DNA of 64,000 nt from Felis catus (taxonomy: Eukaryota): the NCBI RefSeq assembly GCF_018350175.1, contig NC_058368.1:23810001-23874000 (forward strand), read 5' to 3'. Positions within the stretch are counted from its first letter, which is position 1; each line of letters opens with the position of its first letter. Below the pieces are notes generated by a model, which had not been told where the DNA came from, made no database searches, and was given only the letters and a program-made list of their open reading frames with translations. The position numbers and the translations under genes were made by a program. Below, in pieces: positions 38,260 to 51,000 of the stretch.

Positions 38260-38835
38260 ATCTGGAGCTTTGAATTTCTCTTTTCTCTACTTCTCCCCTA
38301 GATAATTCTTCTTTTTCTATCTCTTCCTTGCATCTCCTCCCTGCTGCTTGTTATTTTGATCTTTGTTGCTAATTCTTTCCTTCTTTATCTAGTTCTCCCC
38401 CTGGGATTTGCTACAGAGAGAAAACAGAAGGTGGTTGGAGGGAGGGAGGAAGTAAGATAATGAAGTGGGAAGTGCTCTGTGGCTCAGTGTCTTCATTTTG
38501 TGTATGTATGTCTATCTACTTTCGAAGTTGACTCTTCAAAGATGAAACAACTAGGCAAACATGGGATGCAGCCTCTCCTTCCCTTATTCTCCAAGGGAAT
38601 CATCTCCAGGTACTGCATTTGCCTGAGGAGACAAATGTCTTTTTCCTCAGAGGGAGCAATAGAGAGCTCTTTCACAGATCCTGTCTTCACCAACAACTGG
38701 ACTTGTCCCTCAGGGCAAGTAGCTAATGTAAGACTTGGAGGAAAGCCTGACAACTATTGGACCATAAGAAATAAGGGTCACTACATTAAACCTCAAGCAG
38801 CACCTGGGTCCTTCTCTCTTGAGTTCTTAGACCTC

Positions 38836-39111
38836 TGTTGTAGGAGGAGCCATTTTTTTTTTTTGAGCCCAAAATTCCAAGTCTTAATCCCAAGAACCTG
38901 TGAATGTTATTTTACAGGACAAAAGGGACTCTCAAAGTGTGATTAAGACAAAGATCTCGAGATAGAGAAATTATCTAGGATTATCTGGGTGTACTCAATG
39001 TAATCACATGGGTCTAAGAGTGAACAAGTGATTCAAAGAGAGAAGGGGATGTGATGATAGTAGCAGAGGGAGATGTGGGGTGGCAGGAAATGTGAGGAGC
39101 CCCTAGGGGCT

Positions 39112-39144
<33 letters not shown>

Positions 39145-39338
39145 GCAAGGATACGGATTCTGCCCTAGAGTTTCCAGAAGGAACGAGCCTTGCCAACACC
39201 TTGCTTTTAGGCCATGGAGACTGATTTTAGTCTTCTAACTTCCAGAACTATAAGGTAAGAAATCTGTGTGGTTGAAGCCACTAAGTGTGTGTTAATTTTT
39301 TGTGTTAATTTGTTATGGCAGCAATAAGAAACTAATAT
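38836..39338 (+). mobile_element. MaLR solo LTR (MLT1D-like)
   Basis: 'taatcccaagaacctgtgaatgtta', 'ggattatctgggtg', 'aagccactaagt...ggcagcaataagaaactaata'. Confidence 0.88.
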
Positions 39339-40059
39339 GTCCTGGAGAACCTCAGATGCAGCTAATTCTTTCAGGCAGTACCAACCAGTGGGGCCAGTCC
39401 AGTTTAACTATACAAAACTAGCCTGAAAACCAAGGCTGTGAGGTTTCTAAGGGTTTGGTGTGAAGGAAGCCCCAATGCATTCCCTACTCCGGTCACTCCA
39501 AAAAGCCCTGGAAACTTCATTCTTTCCCCCGCTTCACCCAGTTGTCTATGTTTATTCTAGGTCTGTCAGAAGCCTGAAGGAAAGGGTATATGGCAGGACT
39601 CACAAAGGGAAGCCTATTCTAGATCTCTAACATCCTGTTTAAACTTGCTTTCAGACTTATGACTTCAAGAACCAAAGGATCCAGTTCCAGTGCTGCTTCC
39701 AGACTTCCTCTCCTCAAATGCCTCGAACCCCACTTTCACTTGCCCTATGATTCAACCCTATATCTTAATATTACATGCATTTATGGAGTGCCTTCTAGGT
39801 ACCCTGCTTTATGGCAGACATTGCAGCGGTATTCTAAAATGTACATGGAATGTTTTTTCTTCAAGGAAATACTTTCAGAGAGAACAAGTTCTAGATATAT
39901 GAAATGGGGAATGTGGAAAGAATCTGTGGCTATGTCAGAAAATGAATGGTTCTAAAAAAAAGGTTCAGATTATAAATGCAGTGGAATTTTTTAGGACTTT
40001 ATTTGTTCATAATAATGGTATTTATCCTCACCTATTTTGTTACTTGAAAGATTTAAGGC

Positions 40060-40290
40060 AGCTTGATTGTAAGCATTTAAATATACATACAGTGCTTTGC
40101 AACTTATAAAGCGAATTTACATACATATTATTTTCACAATTCTGTGAAATCAGCAATAAAATCTTCACTTGTACCATAAAGACAGATGAGAGTCTGAGAA
40201 GTTCATGTACTTTCCAGAAGTTTTACAAAGAATAATGGATGGAGTCTGCAGTAGAACCCAGCTCCTGTGGACTCCAAGTCTAGCCACATC
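40060..40290 (-). mobile_element. MIR SINE
   Basis: 'ttcacaattctgtgaa...agaacccagctcctgtggactccaagtc'. Confidence 0.6.
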
Positions 40291-40521
40291 TTTCCTCAAT
40301 TATATATTAGAAACTTCATGTGAGTTTTCATCTATGGTTTGGTTCCAAAGCTGGGTTCTAAGCAAAGAGACTGATTAATACACTTCTTCATAACTCACAC
40401 CATAAGTTACCATCAGGCTGGCATAGTCTTCCAGCTCCTGATGAGAGTTAAAAGGTCACAAGACTTCAACTATATAAAACTAATCCTTCTCAGAGAGGAA
40501 TAGGTTAAACAATTGGGATTT

Positions 40522-40745
40522 AAAAAAACCTTTTTTTTAATGTTTATTTATTTTTGAGAGAGGGAGAGACAGAGTGCAAGCTGGGGAGGGGCAGAGAGAG
40601 AGAGAGGGAGACACAGAATCTGAAGCAGGCTCCAGGCTCCGAGCTGCCCTCACAGAGCCCGACGTGGGGCTTGAACTCAGGAACCTTGAGATCATGACCT
40701 TAACCGAAGTCAGATGCTCAACCAACTGAGCCACCCAGGTGCCCC
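40522..40745 (-). mobile_element. Can-SINE (felid type) inserted at the tail of an L1
   Basis: Full element; flanks gggattt/gggactt. Confidence 0.93.
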
Positions 40746-40750
40746 GGGAC

Positions 40751-41146
40751 TTTTTTTTTTTTTTTAAGTACAGTTGACACACAAGTTTACATTAGTTTCA
40801 GGTGTACAACATAGTGATTAGACAGGTTTATATATGCATAGGTTCGAAGAATTAATATTATTAAAATGTCCATGTTAACCAAAGCAATCTATAAATTCAG
40901 TGGAATATCTATCAGCACCAACAGAATTTTTCACAAAACTAGAATAATACTAAAATTGGTATAGAACCACAAAAGATCCCAAATAGCCAAAGCAATCATG
41001 AATGAGGAACAAACTCAAAGTACCACAATTCCAGATTTCAAGATACACTACAAAGCTGTAGTAATCAAAAGAAAAAGACACTTATATCAACAGAACAGGA
41101 TAGAGAGCCCAGAAATAAACCCATGATTACTGAGTCAGTGAATTGA
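40751..41146 (-). mobile_element. Carnivore L1 with inverted 5' part (twin-priming structure)
   Basis: Poly(T) plus antisense 3' end to ~40840, then sense ORF2 fragment 40845-41146; TSD aaacaattgggat/aaacaatcgggat. Confidence 0.8.
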
Positions 41147-41499
41147 AAACAATCGGGATACTGAACTATAACAGTAGAGTAACAAAATTTGAGTAAAGAC
41201 AAACAATACTGAAAACCCAGGTTAGATTCTCAAATAACAGTAACAACAACAACAAAAAAGTGCTAAAATAAACCCAAGCATATCAAAACACAAACTGCAA
41301 CCATCATTACTTAGTTGAATGTCTTTTCTTACATAATTTGGTTCTTATGTAGGTCATCTTTTAAATAACACACACAAAGTGAAAGTTTCCAATTCCAGTG
41401 GCTTTTTAAGTAAGCGTTTATGGGGGAATTTTGTAGCTACTTTTCTGCCTGTCCACGCGTTACGCCCCAACCCAACCCGCAGCAACTTTGGAAATAAGC

Positions 41500-41925
41500 A
41501 CTCCCATCACCAAAGGAACAGAGCCTGGCCAGTCAGAGTTCCCCATTCGTTCTTGGGTATGTGGTGGTTAGTCGAGGAGTGGACACATGATCCATGAAGG
41601 GCCAAAAAAAGTTTTTCCCTTTAACAAAACCTTTGGAAAAGGAAGCTCTATTTAAGCCGTTGTTACTTCAACCAACAGGCAGCCAGACTGTAACTTCCCA
41701 GTGACCTGGAGAAGCCTTTGTGCAGAATAAAGTTGAGCAGGGCCAGGCTAACAAAAAGCTGCATGAAGGAGAGAAGAAAGGTCTGGTGGTATGAGGTCCT
41801 GTTCTAGACCCAGGGGTTCTGGACCCTGGAGCTCCTCCTCTGAGCTTGTGAACTACTCTCAGCACAGTCAAGCTATGTTCGCCAATATATTTTATCTTTC
41901 CTCAAAGGTAGTTTGTTTGGAAGAG
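41500..41925 (+). mobile_element. Old MaLR LTR (MLT1J/K-like)
   Basis: 'ggagtggacacatgatcc...gggccaa', 'gccaatatattttatctttcctcaaaggtagtttg'. Confidence 0.45.
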
Positions 41926-42544
41926 GAGAAGGAACTTGCTGACTCTGGGGCGAAGGCTGTGGCAGGCTCCTTCCCCAGTTGTAGATAATGTGACATATCA
42001 AACATTTGGACATTACCTAGCAGGAGTGGAGGAACTCCCATAAGACCTTGCGCACCAGGCCTCATTTCTTCCTCTTGTTTGAGCTAGAATGGCTTTCTAC
42101 TTGTTAGGAGATTTTCCTAAACCTAGGAGCTGATGGCCAGGAGTGTGATGTGATATCAAAACAGGGGGAAATATATAGGGGCTGAGGGAAACAATGGCTA
42201 TTAAGAATTTAATTCAACCAACCCTGAATTTTTCTAGGCATTACAGATTCACTAGTAAATAACAACAGAAAAAGTCATTCCCATCAAATCTATTTTTACA
42301 TTACCAGAAGTGGTCAGTTCTGTAAAGAAACTTTCTTGACTCTTGGTCAAGGAAGGCTTGTATAAAGAGATATTTAAGCTGAATGACAGCAAAGAGAAAG
42401 CTAGGTAAAAATCTGGAGACAACAAAAGTATTCTGGGGCTCTAAGAAGGGAGAAGTTGGTATATTTGAGGAACAAAAAGAAGGCTGGTATGGATGGAAGG
42501 CAATATAAGTGTAGTGCAGGAGTTTTCAACATCAACTCGTCAAA

Positions 42545-42752
42545 AAAATTTTAATGTTTAAGTTTTGAGAGAGACAGAGAGACAGAAAGAGAGCAGGAGA
42601 GGGGCAGAGATCCAGGGAGACAGACTCTGAAGCACGCTCCAGCCTCCAAGCCTTCAGTGGAGGGCCAGAGGTGGGGCTTCAACTTAAGGAACCATGAGAT
42701 CACAACCAGAGCCAAAGTTGGATGCTTGACCGACTAAGCCACCCTGTGCCTC
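42545..42752 (-). mobile_element. Can-SINE (diverged)
   Basis: (GA)n, 'ggggcagaga', head 'gatgcttgaccgactaagccaccc'. Confidence 0.85.
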
Positions 42753-43571
42753 TGGGGCTGGATATTCAAAAGAGGATGCAAAGTTACTATTAGAGATAAC
42801 ATGAAATACACTGAGATACTAAAGAGAATCAACTGAAAAACAATAAATATATTAAGATCTATGGAAACAAACTATAAAACATTCCCGAAGGACAACACAA
42901 GTCACAAAAAATGGAAAAGCACGTTGTGTGGTTTAGGAAGACTTGACATCAAAAGTTTAAATTCTGTACAGTGAATCTGTAGATCCAACATGATTCCAAT
43001 AAAAATACCCACAGGATTTTGTCCTCGCACTAGATAAGGTGATTATAACATCATATGAAAATATCAAGAAGCCAAGAATGGAAACATTATGAAAAATAAG
43101 AGTAATGAAGAGAATTAGCTCTATCGGTTATTTAAACATGTGAAACTTAGTTATTGCAACATGATACAGGTTCAAGAATAGACAGAGGTGAACAAAAACA
43201 AATCCTCTAATACAAACAAATGTAAGTAGTAATTCAATAAATAATGAAAGTGGTATCTCAAATCAATGGGGGAAATATTAAGAATTACATGGTATTGGGA
43301 TAATTGGAAAATATAAACTGGATCTGAACCAACAACACTTTATACAAAAATAAATCAATGGTTTAAATGTATATGTAAAAAAGAAGGTCTATAATTACTA
43401 GGGGGAAAAAAAAACTTAGAGAATTATTTATAACCATGAAGTATCATAGGGATATTCAGATCATCATCATCATCATCATCATACTAAGCCCCGAAAGTAA
43501 TAGCTGCCACCTATATTTGCTATTTTTGTACTGGCATTTTCTATTTTCTATTGTTAAAAGAACCTTCTGTT

Positions 43572-43795
43572 GGGGCGTCTGGGTGGCTCAGTCGGTTAAG
43601 CGTCCGACTTCAGCCAGGTCACGATCTCGCGGTCCGTGAGTTCGAGCCCTGCGTCGGGCTCTGGGCTGATGGCTCAGAGCCTGGAGCCTGTTTCCGATTC
43701 TGTGTCTCCCTCTCTCTCTGCCCCTCCCCCGTTCATGCTCTGTCTCTCTCTGTCTCAAAAATAAATTAAAAAAAACGTTAAAAAAAATTAAAAAG
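43572..43795 (+). mobile_element. Young felid SINE (SINEC_Fc-like)
   Basis: TSD aaagaaccttctgtt at 43557-43571 and 43796-43810. Confidence 0.97.
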
Positions 43796-43896
43796 AAAGA
43801 ACCTTCTGTTACCAATTTTAGTGGTTAACTACCTTTTAATCATTAAGAATTCATTATATAGCATTAGCTCTAATTAAAATATACTATTCTATGTGA

Positions 43897-44110
43897 GGGG
43901 TGCCTGGGTGGCTCAGTTGGTTAAGCATCCGACTCTTGGTTTTACCTCAGGTCATGATCTCACTGTTTGTGGGTTCGAGCCTCCCGTTGGGCTCTGTGCT
44001 GACAGTGCAGGGACTGCTTGGATTCTCTCCCTTTCCCTGTCTCTCTGCCACTCCCCGCCTCCTGCACAAGCATGCATTTTCTCTCTCAAAATAAATAAAT
44101 CTTAAAAAAA
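43897..44110 (+). mobile_element. Can-SINE (older)
   Basis: 'ggggtgcctgggtggctcagttggttaagcatccgactcttgg' to A tail. Confidence 0.92.
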
Positions 44111-44351
44111 AGAGACAATATTCTTAAGACTTAAAAGAAAATAAAAGATTGAAAAATGTGACCATAAAAATTTAGAAATACTCATTTACTCACTTTAAGA
44201 AAAGCCAAAAGGAAAAGGATACATTGAGAAAACAGGTTTGCAACCTTATCACAAAGGGCTCATTTAACATATTAAGTAAGAGCTTCTACCAATCAATAAG
44301 GATCAGCAACCCAATAGAAAATCGGGTGGTCTATTTACCATTTCTCACTTT

Positions 44352-44784
44352 TTTAAATGTTTATTAATTTTTAAAATTTTTTTTTCAACTTTTATTTATT
44401 TTTGGGACAGAGAGAGACAGAGCATGAACGGGGGAGGGGCAGAGAGAGAGGGAGACACAGAATCGGAAACAGGCTCCAGGCTCTGAGCCATCAGCCCAGA
44501 GCCTGACGCGGGACTCGAACCCACGGACCGCGAGATCGTGACCTGGCTGAAGTCGGACGCTTAACCGACTGCGCCACCCAGGCGCCCCGTAATGTTTATT
44601 AATTTTTGACAGAGAGACAGCATGACTGGGTGAGGGGCAGAGAGAGAGGGAGGCACCGAATCTGAAGCAGGCTCCAGGCTCTGAGCTGTCAGCACAGAAC
44701 CCGACGTGGGACTCGAACTCATGGACCACGAGATCATGACCTGAGCCAAAGTCCGACACAACCAACTGAGCCACCCAGGCACCC
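44352..44784 (-). mobile_element. Can-SINE (outer element; body 44591-44784) hosting a younger SINE in its tail
   Basis: Perfect TSD accatttctcacttt at 44337-44351 and 44785-44799. Confidence 0.93.
44373..44588 (-). mobile_element. Young felid SINE nested in the poly(A) tail of another SINE
   Basis: TSD aatgtttattaattttt at 44356-44372 and 44591-44607. Confidence 0.96.
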
Positions 44785-45823
44785 ACCATTTCTCACTTTG
44801 ACATTGTTTAGAACCATCTAAATATATCATATTTTCAAAAGACTTAATAAAAAAATTTTAAGAAAATAGTGATTACTTGGGCTAGTGTTGGTTATGCTTC
44901 AATAAAGACTGTTACACATAAGTACTGACTTGTGTGAGTACGTATTTTAATAGAAATTGATGAATGTTGAGTTTCATAGCTGAACTGATACAGTATGAAA
45001 ATTAGTACATGAACTAGGAAGACCGAAGACTGATCCAAGAACTGAAGAAGCAGTTCCTAACCAGAGGTAATTGTAAGAACTTAAACACATTACACAGCCA
45101 CTTTCCCCTTTCGTCATCACCAACTGTTAAACTGACAGAGATTTTAGGGAAGGTTTTAGACTTTGAGGGGAAGAGGGGAAGGGCCAAACTGCACATTTAG
45201 GAAACCTGATTTTGTTCTTCAGAGGCAAGGTGATCAGAGCAGACATCTGGGTTATTAAGTAATAAAGCACTAAACTAGAAGTCACAAAACCTAGACCCCA
45301 AGTTTATCTGTGATGTCAGATAGGATACTTAGACACAAAATGAAATGATACAAAGATTTGAATATCCCCAGTATCCCAAGTTTCTAGCATGGGGCCTTAG
45401 AACAAAGGAAGGAACCAATTCAAGTTCTTTCACTCATCTTTCTCATCCTGATAACGGTATTGTTTACATGACAATCTCTGGTGGCCTGTGAACAGTTGGA
45501 GGCAGGTGTATTAGTTATCATTTGATTGCACCACACGTATCAGGGGGAAATTATCACATGGGGTAAATAAGGGAAAGTATTCTTTCCCTCTCACATTAAA
45601 AATCACTGTCATCAAATTTGAGAAATCCCAGAGTGGTGTGGCAGCTTTACAGCTATCATAAGAGACTTGGGCTTCTTAACATGTTGTTCACCATCCTACT
45701 ATATGGCTTCCACTCTTAAGGCTCCATCATGTTTTTGGAGGGCTGTGAGGGCTTAAGCTGCCAAATCCAGTATGCATATAACTATTAATGAAAGAAAACA
45801 AACACCGGATATCATATGTTATA

Positions 45824-46398
45824 TGCGGCAGTTGTCAATTTATTGCCTCTAAGCTCCAAATCAGCTTTCCAAGAGTGGTGCTTACCCCTACTGATATTCG
45901 CCTTTGCCAGTTCATTCAGTATTGGCCTTATCAGTAAATGGCTCTGTGGGAATACTGCAGCGCTTTGCCTCCTAGTTTTAGAATACTGTTTTGAACATGC
46001 ATGTAGCTGGCAGACTGGCATGGGTAGCCTGGTGGCACTCATACTGGCAGCCCTTACAGACCCACACAGGCCTGTGTCCTCCACTAGGAGGGAGACAGTA
46101 ACTTCCAGCAGGAGTGAGAGTCTCTCCATGTCCAAGCCCCAGAGGTGAGGGTGGAGCCTTTAAATTCCTATCCTCTGCCTTGATCACTCTAAGCCCCAGA
46201 AGCAGTAGCTGCCACCTACATTTGCTATTTTTGTACTAGTATTTCATATTGTTAAAGTTATATTGTTAAAAGAATCTTCTTTTACCAATTTTCATGGTTA
46301 TCTACTTTTTAATCATTAATAATTCATTATATTAATTTTCTTCTGTTACAATTACTGGTACAGTTTCTATCTTCCGATGGGAACCTGTCTGTTGACCA
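45824..46398 (+). mobile_element. ERVL-class solo LTR (family uncertain)
   Basis: Start 'tgcggcagttgtcaatttattgcctctaagctccaaatc'; end 'aattcattatattaattttcttctgttacaattactggtacagtttctatc...gaacctg'. Confidence 0.65.
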
Positions 46399-46620
46399 TG
46401 TGATTCCACTTACATGAAATTCAAAATTAGGCAAAACTAATCTATGGTGACAGAGATTATCTCTGGGAAGTATATTGACTGGGATGGTCCTAGTGGAGCT
46501 TTCTGGGGTTCTGGGTATATTTTACATTTTAATCTGGGTAATGGTTTCATAAGTATATGTACATGTAAAATTCCATTAACCTACCTGATTAAGATTTATA
46601 TACCTTCCTCCAGGTAAATT
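46399..46620 (+). mobile_element. Ancient L1 3' UTR fragment (L1MC/ME-like)
   Basis: 'tgattccacttacatgaaattcaaaattaggcaaaactaatctatggtgacaga'. Confidence 0.7.
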
Positions 46621-48983
46621 ACTCCTCAGTCACAATAGTGGGAAAACCCTATATTACAAACTAGAAGCGGGGGGTGGGGGTGGTGAAGGGATTGGTAAAC
46701 ACAACTCTTTACAGCCAAGCCAACTCCCTTTGAGCAGTTTCTCTGCCCCCACTACAAATATTCTGAATGCCACAGGCTTGAACAAAACCATAAGACCAGT
46801 ATTAGCTGTGAAAAGGGATAAGTGATAGTGTACTTAGCTCAAAATCAGACTTGTGATAGCTAACAAGGAAGGAGAGAAGGGATGCTGGTGTAGGCAACTA
46901 ACAGTCTCTGCCACAACCAGTACTATATAAAATTTACTAAATATTTATTCAGTGATAGTCATTGGAGTAAGCCTTGAGGAGGTAGCCATAATTAACTGGC
47001 AGGGCCCCTGCCATCATGGAGTTTACATTCTAGCATTTGGCTCTTAGTAGATCCTCAAAAACTTTTGCTGAATAAATAAATACATGAATGGCAAGGCAGT
47101 GAATGAAGGAAGCAATATTTGTTTCAATGGGAAAAAATTACTTAGGGAACTGCAACCATAGCTATGTTGAAAACAGTATCTGCATCACATGGAAGAAGTG
47201 AGCTATCTTTGACAGGCAGGCAGGGCTGATACACCATGCACAATTATAAGTTTTAGAAAGCTACAAATCACCCCACAGAAATGACTTCTCGGTGGACTCC
47301 AGAGCTGAATTCCTACTACTGGGAGTAGAGATCTATACATCAATGCCCAGCTAGAGTTTGAGGTCTCCCAGACATATGGTTTTAAATATAATGATTAAAA
47401 ACAACAACAACAACAACAACTAAAAAGCCCAAGAGCCAAATTTCGGGGAAATACATGCTGCCCCTGAAAGATAAGGAAGCGTTATACACCAAAAGCTTGT
47501 CAGGGAACAGTTCACCTCAGATGAGATCTCTGAACCTCAAGGTTGAGTTTAGCTGCAGAAGGTTCTGCACCTTTTTTAGGGCCCTCTAAGGTACTTTTGG
47601 GGCTCTTATCACTGGCCAGTACACATACAAAACAAACAAATTTAGAGAGCTGAATTGGACAAGATCCACTGCCTGCCTTAAGAGTGGGCCATGAAGAAGA
47701 TTACAGGGTGTGGGCTTGAAGTTATCACTAGAGAGGGCAAAGCAGGGCAGAATTTTGAGGGAAGAAGATTCATAGGACAATAGGAAGAGAAGAGAGAAGC
47801 AGCTGTAGTCATAAATGTTTCAGATGCCAGAGCACACAATTCAAGAGGAATGCCTGGATGACAGATAGTATATCAAAGCATGTTAGAATGGAAATGCACA
47901 GACACTGGCTACGAAATTTTTAAAAATGGCACTGAAATCCTATATTGAGGCTGGTCCCCCCCCCCCTAAATTAGAGAGTTTAATGGAAAAAAAATAGCCC
48001 AGGAGGACAATCCTCCTGCTCCCTAGTATGGAGCTATGAGCAACGACCTCTCTAAACCCAAGTATTATCAACCATAACATGGAGGATTGTAACATAACCG
48101 GAGTAGCCGCCAAAAAAATAAAGTTCCTTAGAGGATGATTAAACTTTATCTGCCAGACAGGTACTCGCTCTTAAGGGAAATTTTACGAATGAATCATAAC
48201 TCATAAAATGCATTGCCATTTCCCATCTGGAAATGAGAAGTTCTAATAGACACTAGCTATTTAACAGGTGCCTTGCACAAAATGTTTATTCAAAGCAGAC
48301 CTTCTGTATGTTTAGTCAATTCATTTTATAATGAGATGGAAATGTTCCTGTAATGATGCCCAACTGTAATGGAAGGGTTTGTAATAGGATGCTCTGGTAT
48401 AAAGAATACTGAATCATGCTTCTATGTATTTATTCACTTATTTACATACACCCTGACTCGTTCTAAAAAAAGAATTTTAGGTGATTTGCAACAGAAACAC
48501 AATAACATGATAAAATACAACTGAAAAAGGGGAAAAAAACAGTTCAGGGCAAAGATAAATTAGAAGAGCAGGTCATGACACAGTGGAAAACAAAATAAAG
48601 AAATGTATTCTGTAAGGGATTACACACTTGCTATAATTTATTCTGAATGTTTCTGAACTTTCCTGAAACAAAGACAAAACAGACAGACAGTTAATAGTTC
48701 TCCTTCTCTCATGGGAAGAATAAAACCATAATATTTCCTCAGACAGGCAAGGAATCCAATGATCTGAATTACAGAATGAATTGTACCATCTTGGGTAAGA
48801 CCTCCAATATCTTTGGGTATCTTTGGTTCTTCACAGAAGGAAGAGATGGGGTATTTGATCAAGTGATGGAGTTATAGCTAATGTTACCAGTGGAAGGGAC
48901 CTGTGCCCCTTTGAAATCAAACCTTCCACGGGTGACCTCCTTTGTTTCATTCTCTGCAGGCTGCAAGCCAGTTCTCAGAGTTT

Positions 48984-49351
48984 CCCAGGTTGGGATCTAT
49001 AACAAGCAGACTCTGATCTGCGTGTATGTTAGGTCATGACTAGGGACCAATGGAGGGTAGGGGGAAGGCAGAGCTATGAAGCAGGCCTGATGACAGTTGT
49101 GGCTCACCTCGTGGGATTTCAAGAGCTAACAAAGCCCAAGAGAGTGAGCTAATGTTGAGCAGAAACGGTTAGTGTATCTACTTCAGTCACTTTCTAGATG
49201 TGGGCCACTCCAGAAAATGACGCTGGGTCAGGCCTGTCTCTAAAGCTGAGGCTGTCCCTAAAGAGCATGATATCTGAAGGCATTCCAACAGCTGGAGCAT
49301 TAAGTCCTTCTTTGAAGGGGGGTCTGAATGCTGCATCTCTATATCCACCAC
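48984..49351 (-). mobile_element. ERVL solo LTR (LTR16A-like)
   Basis: Minus strand 'tgtggtggatatagagatg...cccttcaaagaaggactt...gcctcagcttt...cccaacctgg'. Confidence 0.7.
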
Positions 49352-50759
49352 ACAGGGCGACCTTCCAAGACACAAACTAAACACAGCTGGGTCCAGCCCA
49401 GCATCCCTAACCCCCCATTCTTTATGCTGAACAATTTTGGGTCCCAAAGATTATCTGTTACATCAGCTAGTTGTATTATTTGACACACACACACACTCTT
49501 TAGACATGCTTAACACTCGAATAAAAGACAAATTCTCTAGTGCCTATGAACTGGAATGAATATTCCTACTTAATTAAACTGAGAGTTAATACAGAGTCGG
49601 AACAGAGCTGTGAAGTTGACAGAATTGGCCTTCGTGGCTTCAACTTGTGTTCTGTGACTTTCTCATCTTCCCGTGCCCTGTCAGCCACTCTCCAACCTAC
49701 TTCATAAACCAAATATGTATATTCACGCTTCTCATACTTGTCACCTTTTGAAAATCTTTTATCATCTTCACACACTCAACACTACTTCTAATAAAAGTTA
49801 TGAGTTTCTCCCCTGGGGAACGTATTTTTAACTCCAGAAATAAAGAGATGTAACCATTACATGGAATATCACACATACACTGCAAGAGTTGAAGGGAATT
49901 TTGAGATAATGGCAACTCAGCCTATCGGCCAGGAGGGAATACAGTTGTGTTTTTAAGATCAGCCCTCTCTTCAACTACATGGATCCAAACCTGAGTCCTA
50001 TACGGCCTTAGGCTACACCAGATAGGAAGTAAAATGTCATTAATTCATAAGACTTACCCATATTTATCTCTGAGGAGTCTCGTGGGAACTCTCAAGTAGT
50101 CTTTTCATACTCTTCTGCTGGAGTCCCCTCACTACTGGCGCTGATTGCCTGAGAACCCAGGTGAAACAAGACTTACCTCTGCAACCATAGTCCCACTGAG
50201 GAGGCTGGCATTTGTGGCAAGGATGCTGTCTTTACAAGCTGCCCAAGTGCTCTGAGGGGTTGGTGCGGAGTCACTAGCAGAGCGTTCTTTAGGTTGGAGC
50301 TACTGTTCCAGATGGAAGGATAGAGAAAGTCTCTTCCATTACAGGGGTCAGATTCTTGAGTGAACACTGTTGATGCACCCTAATGTCCAGAAGAATCCCC
50401 TGTAAGAATAGTACCTCATGAGAAGCTACACTGATTTAGAGTATAACCACCTCTCTCCAGATGTCAGTCCTCAGTTCTTGGAATTGCGTCAGCTGGACTT
50501 GGCCAGGAGGGGCCATGATGACAAAACACTCTCAGGGAATAGATGCCAAGTATCTTCTTTTACCCATTTGCCATTACAGGAATATACATTCTCATTCTCC
50601 TTTCACCTAAAAATCCTTATTCACAATGACTCCTGGCAGCAGCCCTCCTAGTTCATATCCAAACACAGCTAAATCCCAGTTTAGAGATAAGATGGGACTT
50701 GCACTACATATACAAAGAAGTAAATTTAAGAAACAGGGCAGTAATAATAAAAGCATTAT

Positions 50760-51000
50760 CAGTATAGTAATAGCTAACATTTATTAAGGGCTACCATGTA
50801 CCAATCACTGTGCTAAATGCCTCCTAAGCAATTTTTGATTTAACTACTATCAAGCACTATGCAAAACATATTATTACTTTTCACCATTAAAAACAAAGTA
50901 AAATAAAGTACAGAGAGTCAAATAACATCTCCAAGTATACAAATCTAGGAATTTGCTGAGCCTAAATATAACCCCAAAGCTTAAATCTACAACCACTGTC
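50760..51000 (-). mobile_element. MIR SINE
   Basis: 'aatagctaacatttattaagggctaccatgtaccaatcactgtgctaaatgc'. Confidence 0.75.

Larger units (their letters stand above)
42790..44330 (+). mobile_element. Ancient L1 ORF2 remnant (L1M-type), multiply interrupted
   Basis: A-rich 'attccaataaaaatacccacaggatttt', 'cttctaccaatcaataag...caacccaatagaaaa'. Confidence 0.65.
45507..46915 (-). mobile_element. Old MaLR LTR (MLT1J-like), split by an ERVL LTR and an L1 fragment
   Basis: Right end 'ggtgtaggcaactaacagtctctgccaca'; left part 'tgtattagtta...ggcagctttacagctatcataagagac'. Confidence 0.6.

Noticed and set aside
38479..38946. 155-aa ORF
   Set aside because: Non-ATG start, runs into an MLT1 LTR, no recognisable homology
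48020..48115. Short CpG-bearing segment considered as a NUMT
   Set aside because: I could not match it to any mitochondrial gene by eye
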